64,000 nt of DNA from contig CDPCPM010000074.1 in NCBI GenBank assembly GCA_976551045.1, positions 6,076,001 through 6,140,000 on the forward strand, written 5' to 3'. Numbering within the stretch: position 1 is the stretch's first letter; each line of letters begins with the position of its first letter. The DNA comes from Glaucostegus cemiculus. Lineage: Eukaryota. Below are positions 1 through 12,545 of this stretch, piece by piece. The notes beneath the pieces are model-generated. The model was not told where the DNA came from. It saw only the letters and a program-made list of their open reading frames with translations, and did not search any database. A program made the translations under genes and the position numbers.

Positions 1-637
1 GTAAGAAAGTCAAACGTAATGTTAGCATTCATTTTGAGAGGACTAGAATATAAAAGCAAGGATGTAATGCTGAGGCTTTATAAGGCATTGGTCAGATCAC
101 ATTTGGAGTATTGTGAGCAGTTTTGAGCTCCCTATCTAAGGAAGGACGTGCTGACATTGGGGAGGGTCCAGAGGAGGTTTACAAGAATGATCCCGGGAAT
201 GAAAAGATGAGTGTTTGATGGTTCTGGGCCTGTGCTTGCTATGGTTTAGAAGGATGAGGGAGGATCTCATTGAAACCTATGGAATATTGAAAGGACTTGA
301 TAGAGTGGATGTGGAGAGGACGTTTCCAGTGGTGGGAGAGTCTAGAACCAGAGGGTAGATTCCTGGAATAGAAGGATATTCCTGTAGAACTGACGAGGAA
401 GAATTTCTTTAGTCAGATGTTGTTAAATCTGTGGAATTCATTGCCACAGGCAGCTGCGGAAGCCAAGTCATTGGGTATATTTAAAGTGGATGTTAATAGG
501 TTCTTGATTAGTAAGGGCATCAAGGGTTATGGGGAGAAGTCAGAAGAATGGAGTTGAGAAGGGAAAATAAATCAGCCATGATCAAATGACAGAGCAGACT
601 CAATGGGCCGAATGGCCTAATTCTGCTCCTATGTCTG
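1..637 (+). mobile_element. CR1-clade (HER1-like) LINE, 3' part of ORF2 plus 3' tail, decayed
   Basis: Encodes remnants of LRLYKALVRSHLEYCEQF..YLRKDVLTL.RVQRRFTRMIPG; ends in the CR1-type tail GGGCCGAATGGCCTAATTCTGCTCCTATGTCT. Confidence 0.9.
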
Positions 638-744
638 AGTTAGGCTGCAGCACAATAATTGTACACAGCACAGCACACAATGACTGTTCTAGCTGTTGTG
701 TATTAAAGGACTCCTCTATATCTGCCTATATCTTCCAATATCAA

Positions 745-907
745 AATTTAAAAGATATTTGGATAAGTACATGGATAGGAGGGGTTTAGAGGTATATTGG
801 CCAAACACGGGCAAATAGGACTAGCTTGGTGGGCACCATGGTTGGGATAGTTAAGTTGGGCCAAATGGCCTGTTTCCATGTTGTATTACTCTGACTCTCT
901 GACTCTC
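745..907 (+). mobile_element. CR1-clade LINE 3' tail fragment
   Basis: FKRYLDKYMD end of ORF2, then GGGCCAAATGGCCTGTTTCCATG and a (TGACTCT)n-like tail. Confidence 0.85.
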
Positions 908-982
908 GTTGCCCCAGATACATTTTCAAGATGCTGGTGTTTATTTCGATCACTCCTTTTTGGTGCTGCTAAGCTTCATTGG

Positions 983-1375
983 TGGCTGCAGACAGCTGTA
1001 GACTCCACCTGCTCCATCACGGGCACAACCCTCCGCACCATCGAGGAGATCTTCAAGAGGCAGTGCCTCAAGAAGGCGGCATCCATCATTAAGGACCCTC
1101 GCCATCCGGGACATGACCTCTTCACATTATCACCATTGGGGAGAAGGTACAGGAGTCTTAAGGCCCACACTCAACGTTTTAGAAACAGCTTCTTCCCCTC
1201 TGCGATCAGATTCCTGAACAGTCCATGAACACTACCTCATGATTCCTCTTTTGCACTATTTATTTATTTTTGTAACTTATAGTAAATTTTTAAGTCTTGC
1301 ACTGTAGCTAGTCTGGGTCTCACAAAAATACAAATTTCACAACATATGTCAGTGATAATAGGTGTGATTTTGACT
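983..1375 (+). mobile_element. Rex1/Babar-type LINE 3' end
   Basis: ORF 878-1228 contains CLKKAASIIKDPRHPGHDLF..GRRYRSLKAHTQRFRNSFFPSAIRFLN, the C-terminus typical of Rex1/Babar RT proteins; the same 3' UTR occurs at 39430-39585. Confidence 0.88.
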
Positions 1376-3242
1376 ACTGTTTTTTATTTCAGATTTCCAG
1401 CATCTGAACTCTCTTGATTTTCTTTACCACCACATGTATTTGTTTTTGTTTTTCTGATCAAATATCTGCCAAAGTGCTTATCCTTCTCTTATTTTTCCAC
1501 TCTGAGGGAACTTGTGCACCGGAAACTGTGACTCTTCTTTCCCTCTACAGAAGCCAAGTGGCACTGGGTTTCCAGCTTCTGCCAACTCTTTCTGATTTCT
1601 CGTGTTTTACCTTTTACTTCATGTGAGAACATTATCAGCTGCCATGGGTGTCCAAGGGCTTTATGCCTTGTCACTTTTCATTGGCTGCTGGATTGTCTTG
1701 CCATGGCCACAATGCAGAATGCAGTGCTGAAACTGAAACATGGCTGAGCCTGTGCATTTAGAAAGTTGATGAGCTGCTGCCAGATTTTCCTGCATTCTCC
1801 ATCTATGGTGCTCTACCTGGTGCATTTCAGCTTCATAGTGAGATAATGCAGTCAAATCAAGCCACCCGTCAGCATCAGCTAACTTAGCAATCTTTCAGAG
1901 AGTGGCAAATTTGCTCCTCTATTCCCAAGACCTGGACTTGCTTTTTACTATCCCTGTTTAGACTTGTGCTGCACCTTGGAAATTAATTCTCTTCCATTCT
2001 TGGAGGAAGAGAACCTGGCACTGTCCTGCCAGTAGGTATCCAAATCTAGTCCTCAGACAATATCTTTTTGTCATCCTTGGCTTGGTGCAGTTGTTTCTAC
2101 CTCACACCAGCAATATAGCTTTAAGACAACTGGCTGCACTTTAAGAGGCAACAGATGCTATATTCCTTTGCTTCAGGTACAATGCTGTAAAACCTCACCA
2201 AGTATTTTATCACTAAGGCACTTACAGCAATGCAGATATATGGAAGATTCAGAAGAGAATCAACTTCCTGTTTTGGCAATGCAACTACATTACTAGTCCT
2301 TGTATGTTACATTTATAGTGAAAGATTTAACCTGTAATAAAATAATAATATGAAAACATTAAATACAAAAGGTTTTCAATCTCAATGTTGTATGGCTGAA
2401 AGCTCACTAATGACATTGGAATAGTATTGATTCCTGATGCATTAATTTTACTTAGAGTTCAACCTCCATATCTCACCTTCCTTAAGGTATGGGTTCTGGT
2501 TTAGTGCAGTTTTTCTTTGATGCTGTAAATCAAAAGGCATTAAAAGGTTGGATCCTCCTAAAAGTGCCAACAGCACATTTTTCAGTCTAGTTTCTGGTGA
2601 ATAATACAGGATTCAAAGAGAAATATCACAATGCAACCAAAGGAAACAAGTATCTGTCAATGTGTCACACAGAAGAAACTCCTTGTAAAGGGCAGATCTA
2701 CAATTTTCAGTTTATTCAGTCTTCATAGAAAATTTCAATAAATCCAGTATAATAAAACTCAGCAGTGAAGGATCACACAAAACAGCTGTAACATCAAACA
2801 TACACTGCTTCTCTATCAGACTACAAAAGACAGAGCTTCAGTTTATATGCTTTGAATGTGTGTGGTTGGTATCTCATGCAATGTAATTTAAAAGGTTATA
2901 ATTTTACTATTATTTTCACTTCTGGGTAAGTGAAATATTTAATGTTAGAGATACTGAATTGCACCTGTGAAGCAGAAATTAGTTTGGCAAGTTGAGGTGC
3001 TAAAACAAAATAAATAATAATGCAAGCTATATATTAAACTGATTCTAGTGACAAGAAGCTTTGTGTATTATCTCTTGGATGGTATTATGGATTTTGCTTC
3101 CACTATTGTCATTGATAGGGATCTGTATGCTATAAGAGATCACTGTACATACATCAAGAGCAAGAGGATAACTAGGAAGACAGTAAAGGAGGAAACCTGT
3201 GCTTGGAGGCAGAGGATGTGGCCAGAGCCCTTGATAGTGTTG

Positions 3243-3952
3243 ATACAGAGGGATCTTGTGGCTCAAGTCCATTGCTCCCTGAAAGTGGCTGCACAATTTG
3301 ATAAGGTGGTAAAGAAGGCATTGACTCAAGTCAAGGCATTGAGTTCAAGAGTCAGGAAGTCATGTTGCTGCTTTATGAAAATCTGGTTAAGTCACACTTG
3401 GAGTATTGCATTCAATTCTGATCATCCCATTATAGGAAGGATGTATAGGTTTTGGATAGGATGCAGAAGAGGTTTACCAGGATGCAGCCTGGAATAGAGG
3501 GCCTGTGCTATAAGGAGAGGTTGGTTAAACTAGGGCTTTTTTCTCTGGAGCGGTAGAATCTGAGCAGAGACCTGATAGATGTTTGTGAAATTAAGAGAGG
3601 CACAGATAAAGTAGACAGCCAGTATCTTCTTCCCAGGGTTGAAATATCTAATACTAGAGGGCATGCATTTAAGGTGAGAGGGGACAGTTCAAAGGAGAAG
3701 TTCAGAACAGATTTTTTTACACAGAGAGTGTAGGTGCCTGGAATGTGCTGCTAGGGGTGATGGTGGAGGCAGATATGATAGAGGCGTTTAAGAGACTCTT
3801 AGATAGGCACATGAATATGCAGAGAATGGAGGGATATGGACCATGTGCAGACAAAAGGGGTTAATTTAATTAGTCATCATTAGCTTAATTAGTTCAGCAG
3901 GATATCGTGGGATGAAGGGCCTATTCCTGTACTATACTGTTCTATGTTCTAT
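3243..3952 (+). mobile_element. CR1-clade LINE 3' region
   Basis: QRDL.AQVH.SLKVAAQFDKVVKKA ... HLEYCIQF remnants; tail GAAGGGCCTATTCCTGTACTATACTGTTCTATGTTCTAT. Confidence 0.9.
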
Positions 3953-5344
3953 TAAGAGACGTCTCCATGAATACACTCTCAAGCCTTTCCTCCAGTCTTT
4001 TGATGATATGAAATCATCCCTTGTGGATACCAACCTCCTGACCATTTGAGTAAGTCTTTTTACCAGATAACTTCTCAAAACCTCTCACTATTTTCTATAT
4101 GCTTGTGATTTACTTTTAATTTACCCATTTACATCATACAGGCATTGCTGTAAGGTCAGTATTTATTGCTCATTCCTAACTGATCCAGAGAAGGAATGAT
4201 TAACAATGAGTGCTGGTACAACGTGTTCATTAATCTCCTGCAAATTGCTTATTTTTCCTGGGATGGAATCAGATGTCTCTCCAATGAGAATCATTCTGCA
4301 AAAGCTGATATTAACCTGAAACCATTTTTATGGATATAAGTTGAAGTAAATTTTCAACCTTCACAGACCTCTTCATGTAAATCTTCCATCTTATCAATAT
4401 GCAGCTCTGACCAAAAAGGGAATTAGTGTACTGGTTGAGCAGAGATTGAGCAGATAGTGAGATTAACAGAGAATCATATTGGGATAAGCCATAGTTTGTT
4501 GTCTAAAATGGATTAAAATTGGTTTCTTCAAAGGTGATGACCATGAAGCTGTAGGGAATTGAAAAAATCCCTAAGAGTGTGTTTGGCCAGTAAAAGAAAT
4601 GGAAGTAGTTACCCAGAGTTCATGAAAATGTTCCAAATTTAAATTGAGAGCTGATGTTATTTGTTTTAATTGTCCAATGTGCTGCATTGATTTACTTCAT
4701 AAAGATTTGCTTGAAGGGAAGTGTTACCTCCACACCAATGAACCATTTTCAGAGTCACAAAAGAAATCTATGCAACTTGTCCATACTTGGTATTTTCCCA
4801 GTTTCCTCTATTTGATAAAAATCTCTCATCTCTTATCACGGTTTCACTACTACATAAACAATCAAATATTTTGGTTTACATTAAACTCATTCATCTTTTA
4901 TCTGAGCAGCTGTTTAGTAAAAAGAGAACAAAAGAAAGTAAAGGGCATTTGACCATATGGAGACAGTTCCCTCAAACCTGCCTACCATTAACTCAATCTA
5001 CATAGTCAATCTCCTGAAGAGAGGCTTTTCAAAATATCACTCCATTCCTTAAAACCAATCATGTGAATCAGTGGAAACACCATGGGCAAGTTTTTTTTTC
5101 TCTTAAGAATATGTGTTAACAGTGTGGGGAACCTGAACTAGTTTCGATCCAAGACCACGACTAACTGATACACTTTCCTCGCACCTGCACAGTGGAATTA
5201 CAAATACTGGATCTTAAGTGGCCAATCACACATAATGTCTGGTTAACCTGCAAAGTGTGATCTTCACTGCATAATCTCCTGTTGTAGTGGGAACTACCAC
5301 TTCAACCAGTTGTGTCACTTTGTGGCATCTCAGTAACGTAATTT

Positions 5345-5995
5345 ATTCATCTATTTGACCTCTCCATTTGACCTCCGTGCCTTTGGCCTCCTACATTGTT
5401 CCAACAAAGTTCAGTGTAAGCTTGAGGACCCGATCTTCTGGCAAAGCACATTGCAGCCTTCAGGAGTGTAATTCAAGCAATTCAGTTAATCATCCATAGT
5501 ATCTCACATTTTCAGCATTTATTTTCTTCCTCTCTTCTCTCTGTTAAATTCAGATTTTATTATTCTCCTTCCAGTTACACCTACCCTAGGCATACTATTC
5601 ACCATTCATTAGTCATTACCATCCTTTTTCAGCCAGCGCCACCACCAGTTGCATCTCTCAATATCTTCTAGTCTCCACCATATCACGATGAATGATCTTT
5701 GACTTGAAACTTTAACTCTGTTTCTCTTTCCACAGATGCTGCCTGACCTGCTGAGTGTTTCCAACATTTCTTCTTTTTATTTTCAGATTTCCAGCATCTG
5801 CAGTTTTTTTTAATTTTTGATCAAAGACACCTCCATTTGTGCTCTCCGCCCTCCCGCATTTCTACACAACTTAGAGCTTGTCTTATTTTTATCATTTCTG
5901 TTTTGATCAAAGATTGTTAACCTGAACTATTAACTGGGTTCCACAGTCTATAGTTGCTGCCTGATTGTTTTTAATATTTGCTATTTTTATCTCAG
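5345..5995 (+). mobile_element. Penelope-like element fragment (GIY-YIG C-terminus plus terminal repeat units)
   Basis: FGLLHCSN..Q.KLE..IF...LQPSG remnant, followed by TGAAACTTTAACTCTGTTTCTCTTTCCACAGATGCTGCCTGACCTGCTGAG..ATTTCAGATTTCCAGCATCTGCAG, a unit repeated elsewhere in the window. Confidence 0.75.
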
Positions 5996-6162
5996 TGAAA
6001 GAATAGGCATTGCACCGTTGGAGTGGGGCACTCTTAGCCAAAGCACTCCAAGGACAAGTTCATGCTGGTTGATCTCAGGGAAAGTCCAGGTCGGTTGAAA
6101 ACATAAGAACATGAAGAAGGAGCCTACCGTTCCCTTCATGCCTGCTCTAACATTCAAGAGAA

Positions 6163-6688
6163 TTGTGTAGCACGTTGGCTACCCTGTTACAGGAAAGACA
6201 CAACTAAGCTGAAAAGAATGGAAAGAAGATTTACGAGACTGTTGCCAGGACTTGAGGGCCTAAGTTATAGGGAGAGGTTGGGTAGGCTAGGATTTTATTC
6301 CTTGGAGTATAGGAGACTGAAAGGAGATCTTATAGAGATATATAAAATCATGAGGGGCATAGATAAGATGATGCACAAGGTCTTTTTTTTCCCAGAGAAA
6401 GGGAATCAAAAACTGGAGAGCATAGGTTTAAGGTGAGAGGGGAAAGATTTAAAAGGGACCTGAGGGACCTTTAAAAGGGAATATCTTTATGCAAAGGGTA
6501 GTGCCTATATGGAATGATTTGCCAGAGGAAGTGGTTGAGGCAGGTACAATAACAACATTCAAAATACATTTGGACGGGAAAGGTTTAGAGGGATATGGGC
6601 CAAAAGCATGCAAATAGGACTAGCTTAGAAGGGTATCTTGGTCAGCATGGACGAGTTAGGCCAAAAGGCCTGTTTCCATGCTGTATTA
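6163..6688 (+). mobile_element. CR1-clade LINE 3' region
   Basis: ORF 6218-6436 RRFTRLLPGLEGLSYRERLGRLGFYSLEYRRLKGDLIEIYKIMRGID; CR1-type tail. Confidence 0.92.
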
Positions 6689-6691
6689 CCA

Positions 6692-7454
6692 GAGAATCAG
6701 AATCAGGAATCAGGTTCATTATCACTGACGTATGTTGTGAAATTTGTTGTTTTGCAGCAGCGGTACAATGCAAGATAAAAATCACTATATGTTACCAAAA
6801 AAAATTAAATAGTGCAAAAGAGGAATAACGAGGTAGTGTTCATGGATTCAGGGACCGTTCCGAAATCTGATGGCCGTGGGGAAGAAGCTGTTCCTGAAAT
6901 GTTGAGTGTGGGTCTTCAGGCTCCTGTACCTCCTCCCTGATGGTAGTAACAAGAAGAGGCCATGTCCCAGATGGTGAGGGTCCTTAATGACGAATTCCAC
7001 CTTCCTGAGGCACCGCGTCTTGAAGATGTCCTTGATGGTGGGGAGGGTTGTGCCTGTGATGGAGTTGGCTGAGTCTGCAACCCTCTGCAGCCTCTTTTGA
7101 TCCTGCACATTGGAGCCTCCATACCAGTCAGTGATGACTGGTGTGTGTTTTCCCAACTTGCCCTTCCTGAATCAATTCCCCTTCCCTTCCTCTTCACACA
7201 ATCAATTCTTTGGTCTTGCTGATGTTGAGTGCAAGGTTGTTGTTGCGACACCATTCAACCAGCCGATCTATCTTTCTCCTGTACACCTCCTTGTTGCCAT
7301 CTTATATTCTACCAACAACAGTGGTGTCATCAGTGAATTTATAGATGGTGTTTGAGCTGTGGCTAGCCACACAGTCATGAGTATAGAGAGCAGTGGGCTA
7401 AGCACACATCCTTGAGGTGTGCCTGTGTTGATCTTCAGTGAGGAGGAGATGTTA
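6692..7454 (-). mobile_element. Rex1/Babar-type LINE with RT core remnant and an internal deletion
   Basis: Minus strand reads INTGTPQGCVLSPLL..YTHDC..SSNTIYKFTDDTTVVGRI (RT, FxDD) at about 7200-7454, joined directly to the C-terminus (ORF 6848-7156); (CTGATT)n tail near 6692. Confidence 0.9.
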
Positions 7455-7725
7455 TGTCACGGAGTCATAGAACAATACAGTATGGATACAGGCCCTTCAG
7501 CCTAACGAGTCTGTGCTGACCACAGTGCCCATGTAGCTAGTCCCAATTTCCTCTGTTTGGCCCATATCCCTCCATGTACCTATCCAAGTGCTCCTTAAAA
7601 GACACTATTGTACCTGCCTCTACCACTTCCCCTAGCAGCTCATTCAATATGCTCACCACTCTCTGGGTGAAAAAGTTGCCTCTCAGGTCACCTTTAAATC
7701 TTTCCCTTCTCACCCTGAGCTCTAT
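7455..7725 (-). mobile_element. CR1-clade LINE 3' end
   Basis: Reverse complement of the CR1 tail (GAGTCATAG..ACAGGCCCTTCAGCC..CTAGTCCCA) and of the GERFKGDLRGNFFTQRVV region. Confidence 0.88.
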
Positions 7726-7987
7726 GACTGTGTCAGATTGTGTCTGATTTTACCTTAGTGCCACTTTCCTGCACTTATTCTCTTAATATCCAAAAACCTA
7801 TTGCTCTCTATCTTGAGTATAGATTGAATTGGACATTCCTGCAACAGATTTTTCAAGGACCTTAGGCCAAGGAAGGACAGACCCTTCCAGTAACACAAGC
7901 CATCAGTGAGGGCCTGCTCCAGTGTTTGAGGACTGCACTCTTCATTAACCACCTACATCTAGGTGAACCTCCTGACACTGACATCAA

Positions 7988-8497
7988 TCCAGGACTGCAA
8001 GAAACTGCAGAGAGTTGTGGACACAGCCCAGCGCATGACAGAAACCAGCCTCCCCTCCTTGAACTCTGTCCTTACCTCTCACTGCCTTGGCAAAGCAGCC
8101 AGCATAATCAAAGACCCCACCCACCTGGGTCATTCTCTCTTCTCTCCTCTTCCATCAGGTAGAAGATAAGTCTGAGGGCACATACCACCAGGCTCAAGAA
8201 CAGCTTCTTTCCCACTGTGATAACACTATTGAACAGTTCCCTTACATGATGAGATGGACTCTTTACCTCACAATCTACCCTGTTGTAACCTTGCACTCTA
8301 TTGTACTGCACTTCCTCTGTAGCTGTGACACTTTACTCTGCACTGTTATTGTTTTCACCTATACTACCTCAATGCACTCTGTACTAACTCAGTGTAACTA
8401 CACTGCATAATGTATTGATCTGTATGATCGGTATGCAAGACAAGTTTTTCACTGTACCTCAGTACAAGTGACAATAATAAACCAATACCAATACCAT
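7988..8497 (+). mobile_element. Rex1/Babar-type LINE 3' end
   Basis: QDCKKLQRVVDTAQ..CLGKAASIIKDPTHLGHSLFSPLPSGRR; tail TTTCACTGTACCTCAGTACAAGTGACAATAATAAACCAATACCAATACC. Confidence 0.9.
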
Positions 8498-10120
8498 TAC
8501 ATGCTATTTGGTAACACTGTACACAGTCAGTGGTTTCCATCTGTAGGTCCATCATATACATGGATGAGCCCCCTATAGTTTCCAGAAGCATGGAGGTATT
8601 AACAAACAGTTCCCCAGATCTCACCTAGCCTGTTGGGTTACATTGAAGCAATCTTGCTAGAGTATCCACTCCACTTAATCCACTACACTTAATGTGTAGT
8701 CAAGCAGCAAATGCTGGCAGCGAGGTGCTTTGACTAGACTTTAGGATAATACTTATACATTTTCCTTTTATTCCTGGATTCTGCTTCCATTTTTTTTTCC
8801 AGTGGGATAATCCATTGCAGGTATAAATCTGAGAGGGTAAAACTCGTTCCAGCCGCACAGCTACATTTCTGACCTGCACCGATATTTCAGCGTTAGGTTA
8901 ATTTGCCGTCACTGCTGGTATGGATTCTGAAATCAGGAAAAGCTGGAACCAGGTCTGTCAATAATGTCTCTGCAGTCTCCTGTGGGTTTTGAGGTTTAAA
9001 GCTTACAATTATTCCATGGCTGTCATGTGTGATGTAAACATTTCCCTTGTGCTGAAACCTGCTGCACCATTTCACTCTGCATGCTTACCCCTCTCTCTTT
9101 CAGCCTTGCATCTCTCCTGCTGATACCAACCAAAACTGGCTGCGCTATCAGATTTCTTTCCCTCTCAAACAACTGCCTCTCAGGATGTGGGATTAGACTT
9201 GAAATCTTTTCTCCTGCAAGCAAATTGGCTTAATCCCATGCATTCTCCATCTGATTGGGCTATGGACAGGATAGGTCCCCACCACTATCTGAACAATGCT
9301 GCTATCACTAATGAAGCCAAATACCCTTCCGGTCTGGACGTAGATTCTAAGTTTAAAATATTATTTTTTCTGTTGTTCTGAGTAACAAGATGATCTGTGC
9401 TTCAATTTTAAGGATAGCTTCCTCATTGGTTCACTTATCAGTTACCACATAAACCATTTTGCAGCATGTTTTAACTTTGCCTCCATTCAGTGTGAATTTG
9501 TCATTTGTACAGAAAATGGAAAGGTGGGTATGATAATAACATGTATTCTATTTAACAACTGAGTATCATTCTTAGCACAGATCATATCACTGCACAGTTT
9601 GATAGTACTATGGTGTAGTATTAAAAATTAAATGAATCTAAGAGCCTGAGAGAAAGACTGGGGTGTGTATAACTCCTAGTGTGATTACCTAAACGAGAAA
9701 GGTAGTTGTCAGCTGAAAGGCTGCCCCAGGTGCTCTTGGTAGATTCAGAATGATGACCTTTCTATGAGAGAACATCTTTGCTGCAGAAACAAGCAAGAAC
9801 CAAGATAAGTTTGTTACAGACTTGCAGATATAAGCACTTGATCTGATCAATGTGAGACAATATTGCACTCCAATCAGGTCTGATATCTTGGTCTGAACAG
9901 AAGCAAAGGAACTAATGGCTTGCTTCATATGCTTGAATTTCTCCTGCACAGGGTCAGTAAATAACAACACACATTGAGAAGTAAAGGTAAATTCTTAATC
10001 AGGCCAACACAGTATCGACATCTTCATCTGGACTTGCATTTAGCATTACTCCCTAGAGAATATCTAATGTACTTCTCAGGTAATAGTCTCTTTTCTGAAC
10101 CCCTAAGAGTAGAGCAATAA

Positions 10121-10280
10121 GGGTATTATTGGTATTGGTTTATTATTGTCATTTGTACCAAGGTACAGTGAAAAACTTGTCTTGCATACATACCGATCAT
10201 ACAGATCAATTCATTACTACACAGTGCAGTTACATTGGGTTAGTATGGAGTGCATTGAGGTAGTACAGGTAAAAACAATA
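10121..10280 (-). mobile_element. Rex1/Babar-type LINE 3' UTR fragment
   Basis: Reverse complement of the 8360-8497 tail. Confidence 0.85.
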
Positions 10281-10329
10281 CTAGTACTCCTGGCACAAAG
10301 ATTAGAGGCAAGCCTTTCAGGATTGTAGT

Positions 10330-10530
10330 TGGGCAGTGGCAGATGGTAGCACAAATTTGAAACTCTGTTCTTCAGACAGTAATTGATGCTTGGTCAATGG
10401 CTAATTATTATGTGAAATTGATAACTTCTTGTTAATGGTTAGAGGGAAAAGACACAGGTCAGCTATGCTCTTGCTTAATAGCAGACCAGGTTTGAGGGCT
10501 AAATGGCCTATTCCTGCTAGTATGTTCCTA
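10330..10530 (+). mobile_element. Old CR1-clade 3' tail
   Basis: Ends TTTGAGGGCTAAATGGCCTATTCCTGCT..ATGTTCCTA, resembling the tail at about 600-637. Confidence 0.6.
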
Positions 10531-11289
10531 CATTTGATAAAGATCACAATGTTTAAAGTGAACAATTTAAAGCAAAGTAACGATTGCAAATGATGTGAGC
10601 CAAATGCACCATATGTACAAGGATGTAACACCATGCTAAAGGGAAATATCATAAATTAATAGTGAAATGATAGTTCCTATTAACTTATGTTAATGAACAG
10701 GATTTCACTTAAATACAGAGAATATGGCAGATAATGTGTAAAAGTAGTTTTGACATCTTTCCATTTGGAACAAATCAATTGATTTTCATTTAATGGAAGA
10801 CCAAAAGATTTTGTCTCCAAGCATCTACCAGTTCCTGTATAATGAATCTTGCAACTGTTTATTGATGCAGTGCAATGGGAAACAAGTAGCAATGGCATGA
10901 AAACTATTAAATTACATGTTCATCAGGAGCAGTGGAAATGTCAGAGATAGGAGCTGGATTTATCACCTGCTGGCACATAGTAAGGAGAATTCCAATAAAA
11001 AGTAGAAAAGATTTGTAAACATTTTTACTATGAAAATGTGGCCTCACATTAAACCCTTGCTTTGTGGCCCTCCTGCAACTATATTAGAAACTCAAAAGAA
11101 GGAGCTAAATCTTATGTAATACCTTGACATTCCACTCAGAGTACTGATTGTTGAAATGTAACTTCTGTTGTTATATGGATAAATGTGGCAACCGATTTTG
11201 AACACAGAATAATTGAAGCTGAGGTGCTGATATAAATAGGGGATACTTAGCAATGTAGTGTCCAGTGTGGGATTCACATGTGTGTTGGA

Positions 11290-11760
11290 GCCACTACTGC
11301 CTTGATGTCAAAATTTATTTTTTGTGTGGATAACATGAGCTATTGAAAATTTGTAATTTATGGAAGAAAGAAGCCAGACAGCCGACACGGAGAACATTGA
11401 GGAATTGCAGTCTTGGTGTAACAGTGGCATGTGTTATGTTATTGACAGCTTGTAGAATGTTGTAGGAAAGGAAAGGGGTGTTGCAGCAGGAGCAGGATAA
11501 AGAAATGTTTCAGCCCTCTTGCTTGATATTGAAGATAGTGAAGAGATGAGGCATTGCTGGTGGGAGGGGGAGGTTGGGAGGACATGCCAGAGAGAGTTGG
11601 GAAGGTGAATGGGTGGCTTTTGCCTGCCAGGATGACTCTAGAGTGGTGAGGGTGGTTTGACTGGGGAGAGTGAGACAGAGCGGGTGTAGCTGATTCAAAA
11701 CATGTTATTGAATTTGTGAGCACTGGGCTTCAAGAAATGAAAGTGAAGATTGTACTAAGG
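11290..11760 (-). mobile_element. Highly decayed L2-like LINE ORF2 fragment
   Basis: Minus strand shows a HHSRVILAGK remnant resembling the L2 endonuclease-RT linker; strong purine skew on +. Confidence 0.45.
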
Positions 11761-12111
11761 GAATGGCTGGCATGAGAGAAGGGAGTGTGTGACTTGGTGT
11801 GAAGAATGATATTGAAGGGTAACTAAGAAAATAGTTACTCTGGCCAGCAGCAGAAAGTACATGACCAAAGGAAATAAATTGGATTAGTGAGGAAGTTAGA
11901 TCGTTTCATCAGTGGCAAATGGAGATTACTCTAGGAGAGAGGTGGTTGGGGGTTGAGAGGGCAGTGTAAAGGGATATTAGAGAGATGCACATAGCAAAGA
12001 AAATAAGAAGTCATCAAATATATTGGTGATTGAGAACTCAAAAGAGGTGATGAATAACCTGTACATGAAGTGAAGAAAAAGACTAAGTAAAGATAGGAGG
12101 ATAGAAATATC

Positions 12112-12365
12112 TTAAACTTTATAAACTTTATTCATACAACACAGTAACAGGCCCTTCTGGACCAACAAGCTCGTGTTGCATAATTACACCCGTGTTAATC
12201 TACTAACACATAGGCCTTTGGAACGTGGGACGAAACCGGAGCATCCAGAGGAAACCCATGCAGTCACGGGGAGAACGTACAAACTCCTTACAGAAATCAG
12301 TGGGAATTGAACCTGGATTGCTGGCACTGCAATAGTATTACACTAACTGCTATGCTACCACACTG
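12112..12365 (-). mobile_element. tRNA-derived V-SINE (HE1-like) with CR1-type tail
   Basis: Reverse complement of the core GTTTGTACGTTCTCCCCGTGACTGCATGGGTTTCCTCTGGATGCTCCGGTTTC; B-box-like GGTTCAATTCC. Confidence 0.88.
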
Positions 12366-12379
12366 TGACACTCAGGTGA

Positions 12380-12545
12380 GTGTTTTTAAATGATGAGAGG
12401 TGGAAAGGTGTTTGTGTTCATAGGGATCTGGGTATCCTTGTACATCAGTTACTGAAGATTAACTTGGGACTACACCAAGCAATTAGAAAGGTGAGTGGTT
12501 CATTGGCCTATATTGTGATAGAATTTGAATATAAAAATATATGTC
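12380..12545 (+). mobile_element. Old internal CR1 ORF2 fragment
   Basis: FLNDER..VCVHRDLGILVHQLLK....QAIRK.SG.LAYI..EFEYKN matches the CR1 post-RT region. Confidence 0.75.

Noticed and set aside
9104-9233. LRR-like word IRFLSLSNNCLSGCG after a good acceptor
   Set aside because: Single motif, the frame ends in a stop with no donor, and no other LRR exons were seen
9689-9970. Minus-strand exon candidate
   Set aside because: From the inner acceptor all three frames stop at or before the donor, and the 93-aa ORF is unrecognised; at most a non-coding exon
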